A stretch of DNA of 64,000 nt from Octopus sinensis (GCF_006345805.1 NW_021832418.1:38154-102153), one strand, 5' to 3'; numbered from the stretch's first letter, positions 41,145 through 55,125 are shown. A program made the numbers and translations. Notes: generated from the sequence alone by a model not told the origin.

Positions 41145-41715
41145 GAAATAATTCGTTTTTAATAATAGAAATTGAAGTAGATCAAGCTACAAATAACATC
41201 ATGTAAATATTGAAATAAAAACTCCTTTGGGTAGAAAAACGCGGAGACTATCATTTATAGCTTTATCTACTTCGAGTTCTGCAGATAAAAATGAATTATT
41301 TCACGTTCTGTCGACGATTCTAAATTCTTATGACGTAATACACACACATACACACACACACACATATATGTGTATGTATGTGTGTACGTGTGCGTTGTGT
41401 GTATGTGTGTACACGTGTGTATTTGTATTTGTTTTTGTCACCTCAACCGGTGTTCGTTTGATGACGTCTACGAAACGCAGTAGTTCGGCAAAAAAAAAAT
41501 GATAAAATTAGCAATCGAGGTCCATTCGTTCGATTAAACCCTTTGAGGCGGTGTACCGTCATGGCTGCAGTCCAATAGGGATTCAAGTGAAAACTATGAT
41601 CTGGTTTTATTTTCAAAGTATTTTGCCGATAGCGAAAACGCTAGTCTCCAAAGTAGGGGCAATGGGCCTTCAGTGGAACTTTGACCACATGAATTAGGTA
41701 GTCATATTGTGTGTG

Positions 41716-42517
41716 CAAGCGTATATGTATGTATGTATGTATGTGTGTATGTTGTATGTATGTATGTATGTATGTATGTGTGTATGTATGTATGTATGTA
41801 TGTATGAATGTATGTATGTATGAATGTATGTAAGTATGTATGTATGTATGTGTGTATGTATGTATGTATGTATGTATGTATGTGTGTATGTATGTATGTA
41901 CGTATGTATGTATGTGTGTATGTATGTATGTTTCTGTGTGTGTATGTATGTATGTATGTATGTATGTATGTATGTATGTATGTATGTACGTATGTATGTA
42001 TGTATGTGTGTATGTATGTATGTATGAATGTATGTATGTATGTATGTATGTATGTATGAATGTATGTATGTATGTATGTATGTATGTATGAATGAATGTA
42101 TGTATGTATGTATGTGTGTATGTATGTATGTATGTGTGTATGTATGTATGTATGTATGTATGTATGTATGTATGTATGTATGTATGTATGTGTGTATGTA
42201 TGAATGCATGTATGTATGTATGTATGCATGCATGCATGTATGTATGTATGTACGTACGTATGTACGTATGTATGTATGCATGTATGTATGTATGTATGTA
42301 TGTATGTGTGTATGTATGAATGCATGTATGTATGTATGAATGTATGTATGTATGTATGTACGTACGTAGGTACGTATGTATGTATGTATGTATGTATGTA
42401 TGTATGTATGTATGTATGTATGTATGTATTATGTATGTGTGTATGTATGTATGTATGTGTGTATGTATGAATGCATGTATGTATGTATGTATGTATGCAT
42501 GCATGTATGTATGTATG
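41716..42517. repeat. (ATGT)n array, about 800 bp
   Basis: Direct inspection. Confidence 0.95.
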
Positions 42518-42529
42518 CCTATATGTATC

Positions 42530-43130
42530 TATGGTGTCAAGCAAGGTGACATCCTCGCCCCAGCTCTCTTATTCGTGACTTCATTTATGCAGATGATTAT
42601 GACTTGGTTGTTCACACAGTTGAAGAAATGCAAATTCACATAGATCATATTTCTGCACATTGCAAGTCATTTGGACTCAGCTTGGTCTGGTCAAAACAGG
42701 AAACCCATATGTGGTATATGTATCTTAGTTGAAAGAACTGTACTGACAGTGTCAGACAAGTTTGTTCCACTGGGCAGCATACACATCCATTCTTGTTCCT
42801 TGGACGACGAAATATCTTTGAGGCTTCAGAGGGCAACTGACTCTTTCAGTGTTTTTGAGTCATGTGTCTGGTTCGCACATGACATCACAAGGCGAACAAA
42901 AGTTTCTCTGTACCGTGTGCATGGACTGACGTTGCTCTTTTCATTTGAGACGTGGACATTTCGCAGGTCCTTCAACGCTTCTATCAGTGATGTCTGATAC
43001 ACATTCTGAATGTTGGTTTATTCCTGCGGACTCCAGACACTGAGTTCTTCAGGGTAACCGAATATTGGAAACGTTGGTATGAGCACTGGTACAGTAAATA
43101 CATTTTGGTATATTGATTGAATGTGTGCAT
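42530..43130 (+). pseudogene. RTE-clade RT fragment with internal deletions
   Basis: GVKQGDILAP, FIYADD, SLDDEISLRLQRA..TKVSLYR..ETWT. Confidence 0.85.
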
Positions 43131-43189
43131 AAGCAGAGAGCTCTGCTACTCTATCGCAACACCCAGAACATCTATCATATATAAAAATA

Positions 43190-43564
43190 TGCAGCAGTGG
43201 CTGTGTGGTAAGTAGCTTGCTAACCAACCACATGGTTCCGGGTTCAATCCCACTGCGTGGCATCTTGGGCAAGTGTCTTCTGCTATAGCCCCGGGCCGAC
43301 CAATGCCTTGTGAGTGGATTTGGTAGACGGAAACTGAAAGAAGCCAGTCATATATATGTATATATATATGTGTTTGTGTGTCTGTGTTTGTCCCCCTAGC
43401 ATTGCTTGACAACCGATGCTGGTGTGTTTACGTCCCCGTCACTTAGCGGTTCGGCAAAAGAGACCGATAGAATAAGTACTGGGCTTACAAAGAATAAGTC
43501 CCGGGGTCGATTTGCTCAACTAAATGCGGTGCTCCAGCATGGCCGCAGTCAAAGAGTAAAAGAG
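43190..43564 (+). mobile_element. Family A SINE
   Basis: Matches the other family A copies. Confidence 0.9.
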
Positions 43565-44116
43565 TATATATTCATATAAACATACACACACACACACACA
43601 GAGACAAGAATTCTAAAGTCGATGTACAGTTTATGGATTAGAAAAATCATATGGAGTTAGTTGTAGTTAGTTGAACGAACGTATGGACTGAAAAATCGAA
43701 CACGAAAAATAAAAAAAAAAACGGAAAAATTACAAAAATCCTACAAAAGTAAATCCTAACAAAAATTAAAAAAATTAAATCAAAGCAAAAAAAATAAGGA
43801 GGGGGACAATAAAAAGTACAACAACAACAATAACAAAAAGCAAGGCATAAAAGAAGCTTTCCCCCCTATTCCCCCTTTAGCTATGAAGAAAATTATGATT
43901 GGGTAATTTATATGATTATTCCACTGTAACTCCCGGAGGAGCCGTCAAGACGCCATTGTTGTTTGGTTTGTTTTTGGTATTTGTTGTTGTTGTGTCTAGT
44001 GTGTGCAAGCGTGTGTGTGTATGTGTGCGTGCATGCGTGCGTGTATGTGTGTGTATGTGTGTGTGTGTAGGTGTGCGTTTGGTTTCGCATTCCGTTATTC
44101 TTGGCGTGATTTCAAA

Positions 44117-44150
<34 letters not shown>

Positions 44151-44197
44151 TTAATAATCATCATAATAATAATAATTATAATAATAATAATAATAAT

Positions 44198-44247
<50 letters not shown>

Positions 44248-44273
44248 TGATAATGATGATGATAATGATGGTG

Positions 44274-44325
<52 letters not shown>

Positions 44326-44734
44326 TAATAATATTAATAATAATATTAATAATAATGATAGCAACAGCAATAAGTCTGGTTTTATATCATAGTCAACAAT
44401 TAATGTTGCAGGAAGGCTTAATAATGATCATAATGAATAATGAAAAATGTCTATGACGATAGAGTTGATGATGATGATTATGAATATGATGATGCTGATG
44501 ACGACCACGACGATAATGATGATGATTATGATGGTGATTATGATGGTGGTGACTATGATTATAGTATATACCTTATAGAATAAAGCTAAATAAACACGTA
44601 AAACTACAACACACTATATATATACGCTGTTATATTTTTATCTTTTACTTTACAATTACTTCTTTATACTAAAACACCAACTACAACAACAACAACAACT
44701 ACTACTACTACTGATAATAATGATAATAATAATA

Positions 44735-44765
<31 letters not shown>

Positions 44766-44817
44766 TAATGATAATAATGATAATAATAATAATAATAATA
44801 ACAACAATAATAATAAC

Positions 44818-44852
<35 letters not shown>

Positions 44853-44872
44853 TAATAATAATAATAATAATA

Positions 44873-44912
<40 letters not shown>

Positions 44913-44915
<3 letters not shown>

Positions 44916-45510
44916 CCTTTCTACTAAAGACACAAGGCCTGACATTTTGAGGGGGGAGAGAAATCGATTACATCGACCTCAGTGTTTCATTGGTACTTAA
45001 TAATAAAAATAATACTCCTTTCTACTATAGGCACAAGGCCTGGAATTTGAGAGGAGGGTGATAGTCGATCATTTCGACACCACTACTTGACTAGTACTTA
45101 ATGTATCGACCCCGAAAGGATGAAAGGTAAAGTCGACCTCTGTGGAATTTGAACTCAGAACGTAAAGATAGACGAAATGCCGCTAAGCGTTTTGCCTGGA
45201 GTTCTAAGGTTTCTGTCAGCTCACCGCCTTCATAATAATAATAATAATAATGATGATGATGATGATGATGATGATTATAATAATAGTGATAATATTGATT
45301 TCAAATTTTGCATAAGGCCAGCAATTTAGAGGAGGGGACTAGGTGATAACATCGACTCCAGTAATTCAACTTGTACTTATTTTATCGACCCCGAAAATAG
45401 GAAAAGCAAAGTTGAGATCGGCAGCAATTGAACTCAGTACATACAGACGGACGAAATGCTGCTGAGCATTTTGTCCGGCGTACTAACTATTCTGCTCGCT
45501 ATCTGCCTTA
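44913..45510 (-). mobile_element. Three head-to-tail family G SINEs separated by (AAT)n-like spacers
   Basis: Copies at about 44913-45000, 45015-45230 and 45305-45510. Confidence 0.8.
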
Positions 45511-46562
45511 ATAATTATAGTAAATGATAACACCTGGGAACATGTTTTGTCGTCTGATGTTAGAGACACGCATCCTAATAATTTCGGGGTGCAGATTCAA
45601 GAAATGAAATCCATTTCGTTCTACCGGGTCAAGATTGTTCATTTTTCAATGTTTCAGGTATTGTCATCAAATCTAAGGATAGATTTGGCTTCATCAAATG
45701 AACACCCATATATGGAGCTTGACAAAACAGCTTTTCGATATCATTTAAAGTAAATGCAACTAAAAAAGTGAAACAAGTTACGATTTAAACATCTTCAGTA
45801 AATAAAATGTATCAAATCTGAGCAACTTTCACTACTTTCAATCTCATCTCATCATCTCGGTCGCATTGCTTGCATAGATTCCTATGATTCTGTTACTATT
45901 CCACCCACTATTCCTGAGAGAGTCGTGGGGATAAAGTCCTTAAGCTTGAGGCATAGTTAATTTTTCATTAGCTGATTACACAACTCTGGATGCCGCTCTT
46001 ACCTATGCGTTGCAGTTACTCTCTGGATAGAGCCTGGTGATCCTGGCCGTTGCTCTAGACTTTCTCCGCTCAGCCTCAATGTACGAAGCAACATTGGCTC
46101 AATTGAGTTCTTCCACTGCCTCTTCACCGTCCGCCAGTTTTAAATGTCATAATGCTAATAAACATTACATCTCAATGGCCATAAATCATCCATGTCTCAT
46201 ATTTGTGGAATTTGTCGGCAGATATGTCCATGCTGTACTTGGTTTAGTGTGACTTACATTGCAAACCAGTTGAAGCATGTATTTTTTTAGCCTTTAACTA
46301 TTTCTTTTGAAAACTGGTATTTTGAATGCCCCCCCCCCCGCCTAATATTTTAATTGTGGGGTCACATGGGTCAAAGTCACTTTATGTCAAGCATGGTAAA
46401 AAAAAAAAAACTGGAAAAAGAACTTTATAGTATGTATGCTCTTTGTGGAACTTTGCCATCGTAAATCTTTATTTGCTAACCTCATAACTATTGACAATTC
46501 CGAAAATGCTTTTCCCAAGTGACAATTGGCTTGAATATTTATTTGTCTTGTATTTCAGAAAT

Positions 46563-47215
46563 ATGGCCAACTGTGAGAGAAGAAAATGCAAAAACAGCCT
46601 CGATGTTTTCTGCTATATTTGTGGATGTTACACTTTACCTGGGCAGCAAAACAAAATCACAGATTTTGTGAAGAGAGCCTACATTGTATTTCTTACTTTG
46701 GAATGGAACTGGGTGGTTAATATAAAACTTGGCACTCAGTATAGTATGTAAAACGTGCTGAAAACTGAAACAGTGGCTGTTTCAAGATTTCCAGCTTTGA
46801 TGTGTTTGACGGGCCACAGATTAGGTGGCTATTGTAGGACGGGCAGTTTTTGGAGACCATGTCTAGCGTTGAAAAAGCAGCGTGGAATGCTTTCGCTGCA
46901 GCTGTGTCTAATTGCCTGAGAAACAAGAAGTCATTAAACTATGAAGAATTTGTGCAGACCCTGTTAACCAGTTTTCGAGCGCTGGGCTCCAACATGAGTG
47001 TAAAATTATATTTCCTGTTCAGTCGCCTGGACTACTTCCTTGAAAATCTTAGTGCAATAAGTGATGAGCTGGGAGGGAGAAATATTACACCGAAACATCA
47101 AGACCATGGGAACTAGGTATCGAGACAGGTGGAACAAAAGCATGATGGCTGACTACTGCTGGTCTCTGCATGATACAAGTGGTTCACACAAAGCATCAAA
47201 AAGAAAGTTCACCAC
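46563..47215 (+). pseudogene. Chapaev3-like (CMC superfamily) transposase relic, large internal deletion
   Basis: The N-terminal RKCKNSLDVFCYICG..ITDFVKRAY is joined to the C-terminal NMSVKLYFLFSRLDYF.ENL.AISDE.G..RY..RW...MMADYCW. Superfamily assignment is from memory of these motifs. Confidence 0.6.
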
Positions 47216-47992
47216 TTGAGTAGATGAAACTTCAGTTTGATAGAAATATCTATTCTAAGATGTGTAATCAAACATTCTGTGTAATATATTTGTTAAACAA
47301 TGAAAAATACTATTTAGTTTATGTTAGTTTCTTATTCCAGTAATGCATTTAATGGCAAAATTGACATTCTTTGGTAAAAAAAAAATTATTCCTGTTTAAA
47401 AAAAAGAGCTCGTACGAAAAGCGAATCAATCATGTGTGTGTGTGTGTATATACACGCGCACTAATCGAATATAAATCTTACCTTACAGGTGAACAAAAAA
47501 TCTGGCATTTAAGGAAAAAGAATTGGAAACTTACCTGAAAGAAAATGAAAATGAAAGACAATTAGTTTAAATATTCAGTACTATTTCATAATAACTGACA
47601 CATACATATACTAACTGACACATAAATCAAATATAATAAATTATACAAACATACGATTATATCAAATATTCTGAAATATACGAACATATACATAAATGGA
47701 ATATATCAAAATATATAAGTACACACTTATATGAAATATAATTGTTTTAAGTGTCGCCATTGTTTTAGCGGAGGGATTACGCCGATCACGTTGACTCCAG
47801 TTCTCCCGAAAGGATGAAAGACAAAGTCAGCCACTGCGGAATTTGAATTCAGGATATAAAGAACCGGAAGAAATGCCGGTAAACATTTTGTCCGACACTC
47901 TACCGATTCTGTCGTATATGGTTAAACGCTGTATATGAACTATAATATAATATAGGAACAGACATATAGATAACAAAATATACGAACATGCA

Positions 47993-48065
<73 letters not shown>

Positions 48066-48956
48066 CGTGAAATCTAATAATTTCTAATTTAGTTCCATGG
48101 ACAGCAATTTTGAGTGAAAGAGGTATAATCGATGCCATGAGCGCCAGTATTTGAACGGCATTTTATTTCATTGAATTTGGAGAGATGGAAAGACAAACTT
48201 GTAATAGGTGGGATTTGAGATCAGAACGTAAAAGAGCCGGAACGAATACCACAAAAGCATTTTTACGACGCTCTAACGATCTGTGGACTCGCAGCCTTCC
48301 ATATATTTTATTATAATTCTGCTTGTCGCTCCGATACTTAGCCCGTCCACAACGCATCCACGTGATTAGTTTAAGGGTTGAAAGCGAGGAAGGTGGGTGG
48401 AGAGGAGGGGAAGTGGTGGTAATTGAAATGAGCAATATTTTTAGCTAAGTTTTTTTCCTCCGTTACCTAGCTCGTCGTTAATGCTTTCACATGATTAGTT
48501 GAAGCGAAAGGCAAAGAGAAAAGGAAAATGAGAGAGAAAAACAGGGTAAGGCGAAGAGGGAGAGAGAAAGAGGGAGAGGGTTGTGTATTAAGTCTATAAA
48601 ATTGTGCATAAGTATATAAAGAGTATATATAAAGTGCATTAAGTAATCATCGTATTTCAGTTTCCTTCACTTTTCAATGATTAGCAGATGAGCGACTATC
48701 ATTTCATACAGATACAACACAGGTTACGGTTTCAAGTTTTTAGGATAAAGTTTTCAGTCATAACCCAATAAGTTTACCATTAATTCCATGAAATATTCAC
48801 GGGTACCGCTTGTGAAATATTAAATATACAAACGACTGCAGCACGGAAGACGCATAGTCATTATTCAAAAACACACAAAGACTGTTAATTTTACTCAGTT
48901 TATTGTCAAAACTTTCGTCCCGGCAAATGTGTATGCTGTAGTCTGCGATTTTTGTC

Positions 48957-49139
48957 ATGGACAGGAAATTCGAACAAAGAACCAGCATGAAATTTTGCGT
49001 TAAACTAGGGAAGTCTGCTACAGAGACATTGAACAGGCTTCGGCAAGCTTGCGGCGACAAAGCAATGGGTCGTATGCAATGTTTCGAATGGCTCGGGCGC
49101 CTCAGAAGCGGAAGAATGTCCGTGGAAGACGATAGGTAA
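48957..49139 (+). pseudogene. Mariner transposase N-terminal HTH fragment
   Basis: EQRTSMKFCVKLGKSATET..L.QA.GD.AM...CFEW..R..SGR.SVEDD. Confidence 0.9.
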
Positions 49140-49171
49140 TTATGTAGCCAATAAATACTTTCTTTACGTTC

Positions 49172-49261
49172 TTTACATTATTTACATTTGACGGATATTT
49201 CTCATCAGGTGTCTTTGGGGAAATTTCAAACCTGGGTTCTCATTCGTAAGGTATTTTTCGA

Positions 49262-49312
<51 letters not shown>

Positions 49313-49371
49313 CATTATTATCATTATTATTATCATCATTATTATTATTGTTATTATTATTATTATTATTA

Positions 49372-49407
<36 letters not shown>

Positions 49408-49481
49408 CGTCATTGCCTGGAATCGAACTCGGAATCTTGAGATTAGTAGCCCGCGCTCTTAACCACTACACTATATTAATA

Positions 49482-49523
<42 letters not shown>

Positions 49524-49672
49524 CAACATTGAAAAATACCTTAAGAATGGGAACCCAGGTTCGAAATTTCCCTAAGACACCTGATGAAGGCTGGAGAGTA
49601 TATATGCTGAAGCGTTGTGTTAACAACAAAGAAGATGAGGACAAATATCTGTCAAATGTAAATAATGTAAAT
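49172..49672. mobile_element. tRNA-headed, hammerhead-bearing element with an inverted partner copy
   Basis: Minus strand: tRNA-like head 49406-49472, (AAT)n, tail 49172-49265. Plus strand: (AAT)n and the same tail at 49525-49672 with an HHR. Confidence 0.7.
49576..49621 (+). ncRNA. Minimal type I hammerhead ribozyme (one core change, GAAA to GAAG)
   Basis: GACAC-CTGATGA-A-GGC..GCT-GAAG-CG-TT-GTGTT; stems I and II pair. Confidence 0.6.
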
Positions 49673-49869
49673 AAGGTACATAATTCTTCATCTCTTTAGA
49701 GATAGAACTGTAGTAGCCAATAAATGTTTCAGTGAAGCCAACTGTCTGTGTGTGTATTTCGACGACAAATACGGGTTTTCTACGTTGCAATCGTTTTGGT
49801 TTCAACACACGTTCTCAGAACAAATCACTTGTCCAGAAAGTAAACCTCTGCAAATATTCAACATGCACA

Positions 49870-50220
49870 TATCTTTTATCTTTTGTTTTTTACTTGTTTA
49901 AGTTACTAGACTGCAACTATGCTGGGGCACCGTCTTGAAGGATTTTTTGATCTATTGAATCGACCCCAGTAATTATTTTCTTTTTATGCTTGGTACTTAT
50001 TTTCTTTTGTCGAACTGTTAAGTTACTGGGGTGTAAATAATGCAACACAGTTTGTCAAGCTGTAGTGAGGGACAAAGATAGACACAAAGACACACACACG
50101 CACACACACACACACATACACACACACATACACACGTATACGACGGGCATGTTTCGGTTTCCGGCCCCAAATCCATTAACAAGGTTTTGATCGGACCGAG
50201 GTTATAGCAGACAGTCTTTA
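49870..50220 (-). mobile_element. Degraded family A SINE
   Basis: Recognisable tail and mid-section. Confidence 0.65.
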
Positions 50221-50603
50221 AAAATATGATATTCAATATCGTGATCCAGGATTTGCCATTTTCGAAATATAGAAGAGACAGGATTGTGATGGTTTGAATG
50301 ATTTTGATTATTAACATATTTAAGGACCAAATCCCGATGACTGGACCTTCTTATCAACCGCCAATAATTATTGATGCCCAACAAAGTTTAGGTGAGGCCC
50401 ACAACGCATTATTGCTTACACATTCGAGTCGGTGATGTTGCTACGTTCACTGTCATTCGAAACCCGTATTCCCAATTAGGAGCACCCTACTCATTGGCAT
50501 AAATTTGCTCACAGGCTTCAGTCTTTGGTCAACTGGCTTCTCTGCCTTTTCTACGTTAATATAATGGGCCCCTGCTCTGCCGTTTCTACTGCTATTATAA
50601 TAA

Positions 50604-50938
50604 GTGCATGGCTTAGTGGTTAGAGCTTTGGGATCACGATTGTGAGGTAGTGAGTTCGATTCCAGGACTGGGCTGTGTGTTATGTTCTTGAGCAAGACAC
50701 TTTATTTCATGTTGCTTCAGTTCACTCAGTTGTTAGATATGAATTGCGATGTCACTGGTGCCAAAATATATCGGCCTCTGCCTTTCCCTTGGATAACATC
50801 AATGGCTTTGAGAGGAGAGGCTGGTATGCAAGGACGACTGCCGGTCTGCTATTAACAACCGTGCCCGGACTTGTGCTTCGGAGGGTAACTTTCTAGGTGC
50901 AATCCCACGGTCATTCATGACCGAAGGGTATCTTTACC
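50604..50938 (+). mobile_element. tRNA-derived SINE (family C head/core plus tail Z)
   Basis: A and B boxes, TTCTTGAGCAAGACACTT core, tail shared with 39155-39300. Confidence 0.8.
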
Positions 50939-51819
50939 CATAATGTACAACTCCATGCAGGGGTTTCCCACCCAGTCGTTCTGCCTCTCTTCATCCTTGT
51001 TATGTTAACCACCGCTGCAGGTTCTACTAGTGTTTCCGTTTGGTCCTTTTTTTTATCACCTGAACATTGGTCCTCTGGAATTTCCCTCCTGCTAATGTCT
51101 TCTCTGCATATGTTGTCTTACAGATTCAAGAGGAAAAATTAATGGTACTGACCTCATCGGTCTAAGGGACACTGTAAAGAATATAAACACTGGCCTTTCC
51201 TCTCGACCCGGCAAGTTAAAAAAAGAAGAAGAATAGTCTGCTTGACCAGGATTGATTTAGGGACAGATAAGAACAAAAACACCATCAACAAAAACAAAAG
51301 CAGAAATACAATATGTGGGTAAAGAAGATATCGGTTGAAAATCTTACAGTTTTTTCTTGTGGGAGAATATAAGAATGCATTGAATACAGTATACAACTGG
51401 TACTTTATTTATCGGCCGCCAAACAAATGAAAAACCAAAGATGACCTTAATAGAATTTGAACTCAGAGAGCCGGAGGAGATACTCTTTGTTATAGTATCC
51501 GATAGTATAAACAGCTTTTAGAAATATCGTTGTTGTTCATTAATATCTTATGTTATATAATGCAAAAATCAATGCATGATTCTATATCGTAGACTATGCC
51601 ATAAACTTGTTTTGTATTTGATAAATTTTATATCAAATCTTATCTCAGGGGCTTATTTCAAACAGGGGTAGATCGCTCATTTATTTCATTAAAATATCTC
51701 ATGGTAATTTATCGATTATCTAACGATATATAACAAAGTAAATCACAATATTTGAAATAACAGATATTTGGAATATTGTACAATTGTTATTTTTATTTCA
51801 CAGTGTATCTCTCATAGTG

Positions 51820-52200
51820 CTTTTGTGGCAATGGCGGCAATTTAGCGGAGCTATTAGATTGTTACACAGGATACGTTGTGGTATTCGATCCCATTCTCTG
51901 AGCCCTGAGATTAAATCCCACCGAAGTGGGCTTTATTGTTCATCCTTTCGGAATCGACAACAAAGTACAAGTACTTGACAGATGCATTCTGAGTTCAAAT
52001 CGAGTTGTCAGAATCATTAGCACGTCGTGCTATGTTTAGCGTCATTGTTTTCGGCTCTTTACGTTCTAAGTACACATCCAGACTTGGACAGCTTTACTTT
52101 TCATAATTTCTGGGTCGATAAAATAAGGTACTAGTGAGACACTGTGATCGATCTATTCGACTATCCTACTCCTACTAAAACTAATAACTTTGTGGTAAGA
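51820..52200 (+). mobile_element. Two degraded family G SINEs
   Basis: TTCATCCTTTCGG..TCGA and GGGTCGATAAAATAAGGTAC motifs. Confidence 0.5.
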
Positions 52201-52261
52201 TTCGAGGCAATTGTTTTTACTACTACTATTAGGATTGGTCAAGGAAACGTGTAATGGAAGA

Positions 52262-52447
52262 ATGCATGAGGTGCAGAAAAGTTCCAGGCTTTGGTTAAAA
52301 GAGAATACAGGAAAATCAGTTAATTATGATTTTATTCAACATATTCCCCTCTCAGATTCACACAATGTGTGAACTTGGAAGGTTGGGCTTCCAACCAGGC
52401 CTTTCGCAATACCTTTAAAGCCAGGAACATTTCATCCCCCGCCCATA
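52262..52447. mobile_element. Mariner-derived MITE relic with imperfect TIRs
   Basis: Left GAAAAGTTCCAGGCTTT versus right AAAGCCAGGAACATTTC. Confidence 0.5.
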
Positions 52448-52454
52448 TAAGTGT

Positions 52455-52503
<49 letters not shown>

Positions 52504-53784
52504 GTGTGTGTTCACTGGGTGTTCGGCGATCGAACTGATCAATGTAGAGAAATCATTTAGTCTCGCCGAGGATATGCTAACCTCTCTAGTGCATACAAGG
52601 GACCATGTTATTCTTGTGTGTATTTCTTTCAATGGCTAGCATCTAACCAGCACCAGTCATGGAAAGTTAGAAAACTTGAAAATGGTGCACCAGCTGGTAA
52701 TTTGACATGGTAATGTCAAATTCGTTAGTATATAGCATTAAAGTTGAAACCAATAGTAGTGATGAAGCATAAGTTTTTGTTGGGGCAGCAGAATTAATAA
52801 TAAAAACTCGATACTATGAGCAAAAGCATTCATTTGTTAGACCTAATTTTAAATGTCCAACGGTTTTGTCAAAATTTAAACACTTCTAGTGACAATCCCT
52901 ACAAATTCAAAATTACTTGATCATTTGTGGATAAACCACAAGCCTATAAGAATTGCAACTTCAATTTTTAAAATGTGGTGTGATCTGTATTTGAGCGACA
53001 AAAATAAATTTGATCTCATTGCAGTTATGGTTTAAACAAAAGATCAGAGAGTTTGTATTAATGAAGCTAAACATCTTTTGTGTAAGTACAAGCTTCCTTT
53101 ATTTTCGACCTAGTTGAGTGAAAAAGCGTTTGTTGCGAAGTTGTAATTCTTTTCGGACGAGTGTTTCAAAAATATTTATACTGAAACGGAATTTCATGAA
53201 AATAGTTTGAGAGTAACCTCGTTTCCAGTGAAGTTGGATGCTGAATGCAGCGATAAATTAAAAGTGTGAAAATGTTTTCAGATTATTTAGATAATATTTG
53301 TATTCCTACCAAGGCAGGAAACATATGGAAAAGTAATCCGAAAACAGCTGCTTTTATAGTACATCTTACGTATAACTCTAAATGAAATACTGAGATAAGT
53401 GTTTCTTAATGGGTTTCATAAATATTTTAAAAATATATATTTAAGCATTGGATGATTGAAGAGACAACAGGTGAGGTTTGCTGGCTGAAGGAGCAGAAAC
53501 GCGAAACTCGGTGTACTGCAATATTCGAGTCATTCATTCAAAAACCAAAAAAAAACTTTGCACCTACGGATTCAATCCTGTAATTTATCACTTCTTGGTT
53601 AACACACACACAAACATATACCGCGCGTACGTGCATTATGCGTATATGTATGTATCTATATCTATATTTATATTAGAAATAAAGATGGGTGGATTCGTGG
53701 GCACATAAATATATATATATGAAAGCATATGGGGCCATATGCCCACGAATCCACCCGTCTCTCTTTCTGTGTGTGTATGTATAT

Positions 53785-53864
<80 letters not shown>

Positions 53865-53866
<2 letters not shown>

Positions 53867-54010
53867 GTATTCCTTTCTCCTTTGGACTTTCCTGTTATTC
53901 TTGTTTCTGAAGAAGAGCAATTCTCGAAACGTAAAACGACTACTCTTTTCTTTCTCTGAGCGTCTTATTAATACATTGCCTTGCTACGTCTTCACCTTTT
54001 TTTGTTTTTT
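53865..54010 (+). mobile_element. Family D-related Penelope-type repeat
   Basis: Same layout as 20890-21097; follows (TA)n. Confidence 0.65.
53901..53939 (+). ncRNA. Minimal type I hammerhead ribozyme with intact core
   Basis: TTGTTT-CTGAAGA-A-GAG(CAATT)CTC-GAAA-CG-TA-AAACGA. Six-bp stem I, palindromic ACGT stem III, predicted cleavage after GUA at 53933. Confidence 0.7.
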
Positions 54011-54258
54011 TCTCTGTTTTTATTTTTTTAGCTATATAATTATTTAATATTCCATAAATACTTAATATTCAATTTTATTTATTCATTCCAATTATGAATG
54101 TTTAATAATTGAATGCTTTTTAAAAAACATTTGTCTGTTCATTGGCGAAGTCTCATATGAAATAATTTTTTGCTTTAATCTTGGAATTGAATAATTTTGA
54201 TTTACTGTCAGGTGGCTTTTGGCAAAAACTGTATATGTATGTATATACATGCACACAC

Positions 54259-54320
<62 letters not shown>

Positions 54321-54394
54321 TCATATATGTCTATACATACATATATATATATATATACGTATACATATACATATATAGTTGATCCAAATAAGAA

Positions 54395-54590
54395 AGCACA
54401 AAAAACACAACAACGCGAGGACGTGGAACAAATATAGTATTATTGGACGCTCAGGAAAGAAGGAAAGAAGGAAAGAAGGAGGGTTTAACGTTTCGAGCGG
54501 AGCTCTTCGTCGGAAACATAGGAGAAGGAAAGATCCAGAGAAGGGAAGACAGAGGAAAAAAATCGCCAACAGTACACACGAGGTCACATT
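54395..54590 (-). mobile_element. Family D repeat with hammerhead motif (CCGACGA core, 54483-54517)
   Basis: Near-identical to 20890-21097. Confidence 0.75.
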
Positions 54591-54603
54591 TTTTTGACAT
54601 TTT

Positions 54604-54656
<53 letters not shown>

Positions 54657-54664
54657 GTATATGT

Positions 54665-54966
54665 GGAGGCACAATGGCCCAGTGGTTAGGGCAGCGGACT
54701 CGCGGTCGTAGGATCGCGGTTTCGATTCCCAGACCGGGTGTTGTGAGTGTTTATTGAGCGAAAACACCTAAAAAAGTTCCACGACGCTCCGGCAGGGGGT
54801 GGTGATCCCTGCTGTACTCTTTCACCACTCTTTCTCCCTCTCTTTCTTCTGTTGGCCTGCTCGCTTAGCCAGCGGGGTGGCGTCATTCAAAGGCTAAAAC
54901 AATGCGAACGCATTGTGACCAGCGATGTGGAACATCTGATGGTCTGGTCGGTCACATGATCACGTG
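54665..54966 (+). mobile_element. tRNA-derived SINE (head B plus tail Y) with an ~12-bp TSD
   Basis: The first ~170 bp match the 28515-28902 element and the tail differs. ATATACGTATAT occurs at 54651-54662 and 54967-54978. Confidence 0.85.
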
Positions 54967-55125
54967 ATATACGTATATATATGTTTTCGTATGTGTGTGT
55001 ATGTTCGTGTATTGTGTGGTAGTGTATGTTACAGTTAAAGAAGCAAGAAATAGTTATCTGTAGTAAGTATACCGTATAATTGCCGCTTCATGTATTTCCT
55101 CAATTGTCGGTGTGGAACTAAGAGA

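Noticed and set aside
46001-46140. Open minus-strand frame ending at AG|GTAAGA
   Set aside because: No polypyrimidine acceptor and no recognisable protein similarity.
52753-52817. C/D snoRNA-like segment (ATAGTA/TACTAT stem, GTGATGA C box)
   Set aside because: The D box is CTCGA rather than CTGA, and the putative guide is A/T low-complexity.
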